From assembly GCA_000182565.2 (NCBI GenBank), contig KQ257458.1: a DNA stretch of 64,000 nt. One strand, 5' to 3'. The notes under the pieces are model-generated. The model made no database searches. It was given only the letters and a program-made list of their open reading frames with translations, and was not told where the DNA came from. A program made the translations under genes and the position numbers. Below, in pieces: positions 54,758 to 64,000 of this stretch (position 1 is its first letter; every line of letters begins with the position of its first letter). Source of the stretch: Spizellomyces punctatus DAOM BR117 (taxonomy: Eukaryota).

Positions 54758-55198
54758 TCGGTGTATGTAGTCGTAAGGCGGGCGTTTGAACTAGAGCCCT
54801 ATTATATTCATGAAATTAGAGATCATTGGCCCAGACCACAGAGCAGGCGGCCATAAATATCACAAAAAAATATCATTGCAAACCTGTCGAACAAAGCCAA
54901 TGAGAAGGTTGATTGTGTGAAAGGTCCTCCTGGGCATGGGCTATTCCTGCCTTCGCAAGTGTGAAATCGCAGCTCCCAGAGCAATTTACGCCCTTGACTC
55001 ACCAAGTCATGTGAAGCATGACTAAATGCTTATGTAAGCACATGAAGTCCTCTAGTCCTTTGTTTATTTCTAACTGTCATGGTTGTCGTTCGCCACGCAC
55101 CGGATTAGCAGTTGCTGCAGTAGAATTTAGTATGCCCAGCAAGTATGCTCTAATGATGATTCCGTGCACTGCTTAAATATCCACATTCTGTCCAACAG

Positions 55199-57531
55199 TG
55201 TCCGATCTGGCTTCACCATTAAAGAACGCCCCGTCGAAACAGCCGATACTCAGCACCTCCCAGATCACAACATGGCTGACGCATTTGACAAGTCGTTCAT
55301 ATGCGGCCCGTCAACGAGAAGCTGCATCACAAATCCTGGCTTTTCTGCGGTCGCCTCTCAACCCACCCATCGCCGAAACGTCCTTTGAAATAGGCAAGGC
55401 GGAAACCCTAAAAATCATGCTCCTTCTGCGTTCAGGCATGCATCACGTCGACGTAAAAGAGGCCACTCTTCTTTTACTGGCCACCATCATTCGTGGTTCT
55501 TCTCCCGCAACAGCGGCAAGGACAGCGGCGCTGCTCGCCGCTGGTGCGTACAGCAAGATCATATCAATTGCCGCAGATACACGCGACGGCCCAGATCCGC
55601 AAATTGCTGGGTTACGATTCTTCTCAGAATATTTGAATGAGGGCGGCGAGACAGCTGCTCGAAAATTCTGCGGATATGCTGAAGGTGATGCCGGCTCGGT
55701 CACTGGCATGGACATATGCATTCGATCTCTACAAGCGGAGGGGGGGAACGTTCGACTTCAGTATTGGGCTGGAGAGTGTTTGAAGAAAGCCGCTATCTGT
55801 ACGGATATGCGACCCCTAATGTTAGATGCGGGCATTCTGAAACCTCTGGCTACATATATGAAGTTGATCTGCTCTGACGGCTCTTCAGTTCTCCAGCAGA
55901 GTTTGCTTGATTATCACACTTTGCTCTTCGAAAGCGTCGCTTGTCTCCTGAAACTGATAACCACCCACTCTGAAGAGGCAAAATTGGTAAGATGATTGCA
56001 ACACTGCTTTTCAGTATTGGACAACTTTAATCTTGATGAAATAGCTGTTGGTCTCGGAAGGGGTCATCCCATCTATTGTATGGTTGCTACGACAAGAGGG
56101 GCGCAACAGCCAAAAGTTGGAGGTAAGGTTCCCTAAGCGTAAACCGCCGTGTATTGCAGATCTCCTGACCGAAGTTTCAATGCTTTTTACCAGGCGATTT
56201 ACGCGTTCGCGAATGTTGTCATAACGCCATCCAGAGAAGCTGAAGAAGCTATACCGCTTCTACTGCAAGTCGCGGCGGAAAGCACCGATGCATTTGAAGA
56301 AGCGGCCCTACGAGCACTCCGTAATGCCCTTGCACGGACAGGAGAAGGGGTCAGACGACGATTTGTAACAGAAGGAGGTGTTGCCATTCTAGGAAAACAG
56401 TTGGGACGAACCGACCTTCAAATAGTGCAACATAGCATTGCCGGCTTACGGAATGTAGCGCTGTTAGATGTTCCACTCGAAGCCCGGCATCAAGTAGCGA
56501 AATTCTGTCCAGATTTTCTTCATCTTCTCAGTCACAAAGATAAAACCGCCCCAGCATGGAAGATCCATCTCTCGATAACCCACCACGCCCTTTGCACCAT
56601 TTGTAATCTCGCCGTAACAGATACTATTGCCCAAGATATCTCAATAACAGGCCGATCAACACTTTTCTCACACATTTATCGTATCATCTTCGACCGGGAT
56701 ATTCCCGATACACCGTTTCGACTGGACGCACTAGCATGTCTCCGGAATCTTTGCATAGACGAAGACTCTTGTCTTCTCATTGCAAGTATGGGTGTGCCCA
56801 AGCTCTTTGAACTCCTCTTCACAGGCTCACCATTCCTCCGCGCGGAAGCCATGGCAGTCCTACGCAATCTCATCCTCCAAAATCGATACTGTTTCGATGA
56901 ATTTTTCCAAGTGGATGGTTTCATCGACGAACTGGTGGCAGATCTTTCATCGCAGTACACTTCAACCCTCCAGCGTTGCGCGGTAGATATTATCCATTGT
57001 TATTTGACCAAAGGAGATACCGCACATAAACGCACGTTTTACGATGCTGACTGTCTTCCTGCGCTCCTTCTTCCAATGGAAGCCGACAACGAGAACAAAG
57101 ATGTTGCTGTTGTTTGCTTCAGAATTTTGCAGGACTATGAGCGGAGGGCTGTGTTGGAATCCAGGGATCACTGGACGCGGATTTGGGTAGACTGGAAAGC
57201 TGAGGATGCAGAGAGGAAAAATGCTAAGAAAGAGAAGAAGGCTAAGGACCGAGAAGAGCGGGATCGGAGACGAATGAGCCGAAAGCGTGCAAAAAAGGAT
57301 TCACGGCAAGACAAACCCTTTTTTGTCAAGAATACTCAAAACAAGGAGGATGCCAACTTGAGCGTATCGACTCTAGGCAAAAACAAGCATCCCACCGCTG
57401 CGTCCTACAGACGACCAAATTCAGCACCACATGGAATCTTGAAATACAGAGCTGCACTGTCATCAGATGAGAAATACTCGCCTGCAACGAGTACTGTTGA
57501 AGTGAAAAAGCGGGTGGTGACATTCAGATAG
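55199..57531 (+). CDS. Armadillo-repeat protein of unknown function with a basic C-terminal tail
   Basis: Repeated ARM helix-3 motifs AALRALRN, SIAGLRNV, ALCTICNL, ALACLRNL, AMAVLRNL. C-terminal KKRVVTF resembles an RVxF-type motif. 5' end not determined. Confidence 0.7.
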
Positions 57532-57675
57532 CATAAGTCAACCAGGTGCAAATAGATATGTGAATAGGGATGCAATGAGTATTCCATGTATACCGCGCTC
57601 TGCGCATTACGACTGAAAATGGCTATCGATGGTTCTATCTAAAGCATGCTAAAAAATGTATAGATATGTAATCGC

Positions 57676-57820
57676 TCAAATGTTAAAACCTTGCGCCCGC
57701 ATGCAATCCTGATGCGCCTTGATTAGATCTGCACATTTTTCTTCTCCGTGCTCAAATACACATTCGTCTCGCGCTTTCCGCGTGTCCGGGCAAGCACAAC
57801 AAGGTTTGCATTCGGGTTTA
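57676..57820 (-). CDS. COX17: COX17 copper-chaperone domain (C-terminal part of the last YHM2 exon)
   Basis: [47 protein letters not shown]: CCxC copper site with twin CX9C. Confidence 0.93.
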
Positions 57821-58965
57821 GCCCCGGTTGACGTGGATGCGGAGAGGGGCGCTGGGGAGGCAGTTGATGAAACGAGCCTGTTTGCCTGTTTTTGCGCTAC
57901 CCAGGCTTTTAAGCTATCTCCACCAAATACCATGCACACCTATGGAGACAGGTCATTTTAATCTCACTGCCGCTAACCTAGGCAAGATTTAAAGATTATA
58001 CGCACCGTCAAATAGACACCCAAGCCAATACGAGGAGTTACTCCACGGTAGAAGCCGAGGAACCCATTCCTTTGCCAAATCCACTTGGCCGTGTTCAACA
58101 GAGTCATCTTGGCAGGTCTATTGGGGTCTTTCACTTGAGACTGCATTTCGACACGAATCACTTCAATAGGTTGGTTCCAGCATGCAAGGGCACCACCGAC
58201 TACTGAAGCAAAGAGTCGCTCAGACACAGTGAGAGGGTTGGCTTTCTCTCCCTCAGGTCGGAAATAGCGGATGCTAGATTCGGTGATACGCGCAATTCCG
58301 ATTCTACTGCCCCAGTTCGTCATTTGTCGCAAAGCTACAGCTGACACGCCTTTGTTCAATCCCCTGATACCCTCGGTCTTTAAAATATCTCCTGCAACCT
58401 TCCAGGTAGAGACAGCCGCTCCCGGATTCTTGTGGCGAGTAACCTCTACTGTCTTCATAAATGTACAGAATCCCATGGTAGTATACGCCTAAATATGCGG
58501 AGTAATGTCAACGTCGCATTGCACTCGTCCAGTATTCAGAGCGAAAGCTGTATAAACCTCACCTGCGCAACGCCTCCTCCCATTCCGGACAATATTCCGG
58601 CGGTTGGACCAGAGAGCCCCAATTTGGTCCTTGCATGATACTCGATTTCGGACGCGGCAAACAAAAGGATAGCTCCCTTCGTCGAAGCTTCAATCCACGC
58701 CCAGGGAATCAACCCTTGATAGAATCCCGCAATACCTCCACGTTGGTACGTTTTTTTGACGGCTGTTACCAGCGAGTCGTTCCTGTTGGCTGTCAGAGAA
58801 CTCAATAACGTGGACTGGCGAGTTTTCTGGATTTGGCTGGACCATACCTGCCATGTGTGTCTTAACGACCTCAAAGGGCTGTCCAAGCGTTGATACCTCG
58901 AAGGTCTGAATGGCGCCTCCCAAAAGAAGGTTGACATAACTGATGGGTTTCTGGGCGACGAGCAT
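57676..58965 (-). CDS. YHM2: Mitochondrial citrate/oxoglutarate carrier (YHM2 type) fused in frame to a C-terminal COX17 domain
   Basis: [11 protein letters not shown]...[77 protein letters not shown] 66-nt GT-AG intron (58005-57940) joins in phase 0 to the ORF ending in the COX17 domain. Confidence 0.88.
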
Positions 58966-59445
58966 GTTGTTAATATACGTTTAACTAAACTGACTTCCTG
59001 CTCCCGCCACATTTCGTTACGTCCGACCTTCGCAATGTACCTTTTGAATTGAGGCTGGCTCGGACTTTGCTACGACAGACATTGTAGGGAGATCTTGTGT
59101 CAAATTACAACCACAGGAAAGTCGGAAGGGGATAGCAAAGATCTAACGAGACATCACGTGATTTCATTGATCTGCCGATTGGATAAGCGAGGAGTATCGA
59201 TCCGTTGGATAATCTACTTTGTAGCTTTCAGCCAAAAAGTCAGCAGCCATGCTATGCCATGCGCAATATTCAATACTAGGAGAGTAGAGGAATAATCTGA
59301 GAACGTTCAGAGCACGAGTTTATCCGGTTGCACCCTGCGAGTAGATAAGGACATTGGCAGGAGTAATGCATTTTCAATTCTTCCGAAGTGCCAAAACGTA
59401 TTGGTATACATCAGTCACACCATCAACTAACAATCGATAGACTCC

Positions 59446-60814
59446 TCACTTGTCTACTTCACCAGGTAATCCGGATTCCTCCCGAACACTCAACACTACG
59501 CTACCCCAATCCAGATCTCCGTGCCCCTTCTCTAGCTGTTTTTCCAAATGTTCGTACATGACGTCGGCGATATGCAGTTTGGTGGAAGTCTCATCAGCGA
59601 GTCTAAATCATAAGCTCAGTTTCAATACTTGACAAAAAATTTAGAAGTACTATTCGAACCTTCGCATCAGTCCGACATCCTTTAAACCGCCTTTAACTGG
59701 AAAACCAGGGTTGCTGGGAGAAATCGCGAGATTGTCTTGGCAGATTCGGGTTCCGTAGCCTTGAATCACAGGGCATGGCAGCATACTGATTGCCACATAA
59801 GCAGACCACGTTGGAAATGAAAAAGAGGTAGTGACACGTACGTGTTAATAAAGTCGAGGACGTTCTGTCTCGACAATCCACTCTTGTCGGCAAGGGTTAC
59901 AGCCTCGGAGATCATTTCGATGCATGAAGCGATGAAGAAGTTGCCGCATAGCTGGATATTCATTCAGAATCATCGTCAACCACCCGGCCTGTTGCGGTTG
60001 ATGCGGCGACGAGCACCTTACCTTTTGCGTAGTGCCAAGATGGGGCTCAGTCCCAACATCAATGATGGCTCTGGTCATGGCTTCAATATAGGGACGGACA
60101 TCCAGCTTCAGGTTTTCCTCTCCCGCGAATGCTCCAACTGTGAAAACCGTTCAACTATGTTTGGCTGAGATCCACCTAGTCATCCCATTGCTTGGCTTAC
60201 CAAGCAATTTTGCCTTTGCAGCATCCGGTCTGCCAAACATTGGACAGGCAGCAAACCGTACTCCATGGCTCTGCATTTTTGCAGCTACTTCCTTGGTGGA
60301 GGCAGGGTAGACTGTGCTGCAGTCAACCCATATCAAGTCCTTCCTGGGCGGGGCGCCTAAAAAACATCAATTCGATTTTTGTGGGGCGCGTTAGGTAGTC
60401 GTGCTCAAGACAGAAACGCACCAGCGACCTCGTCACAAATCTGCTTCAAAGCGGCATCATCAAACATCATCGAAAACAAAACATCACATTCCTTTGCCAA
60501 TGCCTTAGGGCCATTCTTTTCGACTACAGCTCCCACAGACTCTAGCTCAGAGGCTTTGGACAGTGTGCGGTTCCAAACACGCAGTGATCGCCCGGATTTT
60601 TGGAGAAAAGCTTGGAGGTTGAATGCCATGCCTGCATTGCGTTAACCTAATGGATGTGCTAGGAAGACATGTAAAAGAACAAGTCGTACCACTTCCCATG
60701 GCACCTGTAGAAGGACGCTTAGAGGTCCGTCTTGGATCAAGGTACCGACACCATCTCTGGCACGAAATATTTACCCAATCCCATGAATCCCACCTCTTGT
60801 TTGCTGGTCGACAT
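59446..60814 (-). CDS. NAD(P)-dependent beta-hydroxyacid dehydrogenase (3-hydroxyisobutyrate DH / 6PGDH NAD-binding family)
   Basis: VGFMGLG|AMGS|GMAFNL, VWNRTLSKA, VDCSTVYP, CPMFGRPDAA, KLCGNFFIASCIEMISEA, GGLKDV, DWGSVVLSVREESGL. Confidence 0.88.
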
Positions 60815-61106
60815 GATTCTAAAATCGAAGCTCAGACGTTCTGCTACAGAATAAGAAGGATATTTTGAGTGCCAATTGCGAGGACAAAATCAATCATTTC
60901 CAGGAGAATGATGTGAGTCATGGCTGGATGTGTGGTGACGACAGTGACGTTATTTTGGAATACGAGCAAGTGCCCGGCCCCGACGCCTGTAGCGTTCAAT
61001 GGATTTAACATGACAATATCATAAAAGTGTATTTACGGCAGGGATACCGATATCAAACAAAGCTGGTTCTTACGCCTCTGTTAATGCATCAACCATACTT
61101 TGCCTA

Positions 61107-61185
61107 TACGGGAATGAACCATACTTTATCGATTAGGCAAGCCTATACGACAGGGAATGAACCAGCGTAAACTGGTTCGGAAAAG
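61107..61185 (-). ncRNA. Putative Fanzor omegaRNA (scaffold about 61185-61122, plus flank-derived guide)
   Basis: Starts about 24 nt after the Fanzor stop. Minus strand reads CUUUUCC-GAACCAG-UUUACG-CUGGUUC-AUUCCCU-GUCG-UA-UAGG-CUUG-CCUA-AU-CGAU-AAAGUA, giving two hairpins. The 5' part resembles the SpuFz1 scaffold as recalled (UUUUCCGA..CC..GUU...GGUUCA.UCCCUG). 3' boundary uncertain. Confidence 0.7.
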
Positions 61186-63237
61186 TTAACTAACTGCTAC
61201 TAGACAATCTAAGCTACCAAAGGGACATGTCTACTAAAAATAGCCGGTCTAACACCATCATCTAAATATGATTTCATGATTGTTACCATATTAGACGTGC
61301 TTAATTTGTCCCGATTCCAGTAACGGTAAGTGCATCCTTGCTCTATGCAGTTTGGGTTGGTACAACCTAGCAAGCCATGCACTTTTTCACTACGTCCTTT
61401 CTGACGCTGCCAGGGTCTCGAGTGTGGTCGTATCTTGAATCCCTTTTGCAGATGATCACCTGATAAGCATCTTGGACATATTGATGAGGTTCGATATTCA
61501 TCTAATAGGAAGCAATCGATGCGATTGCATTTGAAACAATTCCGCCATCCAGTGGTTTTCGATGATATCTGGTATTTTTGGGTATGCCCACCATCGCTCC
61601 AATCACCCATTACTACAGCAAAACTACTACCAAAGCATTTCCTCATATTAGATATCAGCTTTGCTTCGGTTCTTTGGGTGTTCATGTAGGTATGCCATCT
61701 CCATCTAGTATGGGCGGGATGCGAATAAAAGTCCTTCAAGGGTGCATCATTGTCGTGGCGCCATGACAGGTAATGAATGTAGCTATCGAGATTCATCGTT
61801 TTATGTGAAGGCGCTGCAGACTCGATGACATCAATGCCATTCTCACGCTTCATTGCTTCGCGGGATTTTTTGAACCTCCTGCTTCCAATCTCTTTGGTTC
61901 TTTGCATGGAAGTATAGCAAAACGTACGCCTCTTTTGAAGATCCCGACAGTATAGTATATCGCGCTTATTGGGATCAATGGTGACGACGTTGGATGCGCT
62001 GCGACAGGCCGTAAGATTATTCTCAATATATTGACTTTTGATATCTGCTTCAATCGCCTGTTCTGAGTTGCGATGCTTGTGTCTGCCATATTTTGCCGCA
62101 TCTGGATGCTTCAGGCAAACTGACATGGAGGTCCCATCCGTCGTTATTGATCCGTCAAATGCCATTCCACTACGCGTCGTGAACGCCTTACTGCCAAGAT
62201 TGCAAACACGCAACCACAAGTCCATTTTGTCAACAGAGTCGTATTCTCGCCATGAGACTTTTAGCACATGTTGATACAGAATCATAGTATCAATGCGAAC
62301 ATGGGATTGGATAAACGATCTTCGCAATGGGATGGCATTAAACAAGGGCAGGCCACATCGTTCGAATAAACGGGATAATGCACAGTGAGACGGAAAAAAT
62401 GACAGCGGATCGCATGCTACAAGATATGCGAGTTTCCCTTCTTTTCCTATGACTCGATCAAGCAAAATATTCCAAATGTCTTCTAATAATGCACTTTCCA
62501 AATTGCTCAGGTCTAGATCATCGGTTTGTGGAATGTCGTCTAATAAGAACAATTGTTTCAGATATCGCAATCTGGCGAAAAATGACATTCTCTCCGCTCC
62601 CAATAGTCTTTTCTGCTGGTTCTTGACGTCTAATCGATAATTGATGAATCTAACTAGCATTTTGACAAAATGCTCTTGGACATTGACTTTAATGTTTGTT
62701 ATGACACTGGTGGTGAGGTAGTTGATGGACTGTTGATCATATTTCAGGTTGGGCCGAGTAAAACCCACAACATTGCAGTACCGATCAATATGGGGCACGA
62801 GGATATCACGGCAATCTTTTTTCGCCATGTTGCCTGGCTGCCAAGCTGCACCTTTATTCAGCAGGTAAAGCGTCGCCTCCATGACAGTTTCATTGATAAT
62901 CGGAAAGTGTGGGCTGGATAGGATGTAGAACTTGAGTGCATGAGTAGCGTGGGCTGCTAGTTCATGGACGATTTGGATATAATTTTGAATGCGATCTCAG
63001 TAGGTATCATTTGCAGCAAAAGCCTTTTCAAAAGATGTCTTGTGACATGAATGGAGGATAGCAGGTTGGTCGACTTTCTGCTTCTTCTTCGGAGGCATCG
63101 TTGAAGATGAAGACTGTGGGAAAATGGGCAACTCATCTTTTAAATACTGGATAGATCTATTATTCATTAGACTAGATATGGGTTTATAGATATTGGACAA
63201 CATTTCATTGGTCGCTTGGGATGAAAATTTTCGATAG
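61124..63237 (-). mobile_element. Non-autonomous Fanzor-carrying DNA transposon (about 2.1 kb), candidate TA target duplication
   Basis: Minus-strand left end CATA|CTATCGA (63241-63231) and right end TCGATAAAG|TA-TG (61132-61120) form a short imperfect inverted repeat with TA on both sides. No transposase inside. Ends are inferred. Confidence 0.55.
61209..63098 (-). CDS. Fanzor1: Fanzor1 RNA-guided RuvC endonuclease (TnpB-derived OMEGA effector); intronless, 629 codons, interrupted by one TGA at codon 34 (62997-62999); residual 557-aa ORF at 61209-62882
   Basis: N-terminal NLS MPPKKKQK. SITTDGTSMSV. RuvC-I VTIDPNKRD (D at 61974-61976), VVMGDWS, RuvC-II LLDEYRTS (E at 61497-61499), zinc finger CPRC...GCTNPNC, RuvC-III WNRDKLS (D at 61308-61310). 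Colinear with SpuFz1 as recalled from memory. Confidence 0.93.
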
Positions 63238-64000
63238 TATGTCATGTGACCATGGGTTATTTATTGTGGATCACTGAAGGGGGTCAGGGGTATTCATTAG
63301 GTAGCTTTCAGTGGAGGCATTTACCAGTGTCTTTTGGGCAAGATTTGAGGATTTTGGATAGTCATTGTTTACATTCCATGCCTGTACCAGCGTCGATCCT
63401 GGCATCCCATGTCTGAATCTTCAGGCCCGACGCGTAGCTAAGCCACCCGCCTCACCCAAACCATCGAGCGCCGTCATCACATTAGAATTGAATGCGGTAG
63501 CTCGAAAGATGTGATTGACCAGTCTAATCACCTATATCATGATGTGCATGCGTTCTACTGCTGCCATAGAACATGTTTTATTTTTGGAATATTCTGTTTT
63601 CGAACATTCCGTTGAGCATGTTTTCCTTCTTCTCGTTCCCCATAGCGCGTGCTCTGCTAGCGTGACGTCACCAACAAGTTGCTGTTATTTAACAGACTTG
63701 AAGCTCTCTGGTACAAAATATTTGTATCCCAGCCGATTTCAACAGCTCCTAAAATTTGGTACTTTACTTTTATATTAGCTTGAACCTCTATGACTACTCA
63801 TGACCCTCAAATGATGTCTTCGTCAGAGTCTATTTCTACGCTGCTGAGATGTCCTCCTTGGTTACTGATAGGAGAGCCCACTGACTGCATCTGAGTTTGA
63901 GTCTGGCCTCCAGGAGCTGACGGCTGACCATCTTTGCTTTTTTTACTGCTACTATTTTGACCGTTGTTGTTACGACCGACACGTGCGAACAGCAGCGACA

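Noticed and set aside
12946-57820. Copper gene cluster (Ctr plus COX17)
   Set aside because: The genes are more than 43 kb apart with many unrelated genes between them; nothing supports clustering.
62990-63100. Intron that would skip the Fanzor premature stop
   Set aside because: No convincing donor/YAG pair, and the peptide on both sides is colinear with the recalled homolog, so a point mutation is simpler.
63099-63245. N-terminal extension of Fanzor from the upstream ATG at 63245
   Set aside because: That ATG lies outside the inferred left end, and MPPKKKQK matches the expected start.

Overview
Intron-rich eukaryotic DNA with short GT-AG introns, most likely from a chytrid fungus close to Spizellomyces (inferred from gene content and the Fanzor family present). 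Most of the window is housekeeping genes: TM9SF/EMP70 3' end, TAF1 with a bromodomain, GMP synthase, SFC1-type carrier, Cys/Met-rich Ctr copper transporter, COMT-like methyltransferase, TPT-family transporter, DIP2/Cmr2, Sis1-type DnaJ, an alpha/beta hydrolase, a 1612-aa intronless orphan with 66-bp repeats, a kinesin-4-like motor, USP, UBR1, an ARM-repeat protein and an NAD-dependent beta-hydroxyacid dehydrogenase. Two features stand out. (1) A ~2.1-kb non-autonomous element (about 61124-63237, minus strand) carries a Fanzor1 eukaryotic RNA-guided RuvC nuclease. It has an intact D-E-D triad and zinc finger, one premature TGA at codon 34, a two-hairpin omegaRNA-like scaffold just after the stop, and candidate TA-flanked ends that reconstruct a CATA/CATATG target. 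(2) A YHM2-type mitochondrial carrier whose last exon reads in frame, with no stop, into a complete COX17 copper-chaperone domain. Gene boundaries were inferred by eye. Homolog comparisons are from memory and need alignment.
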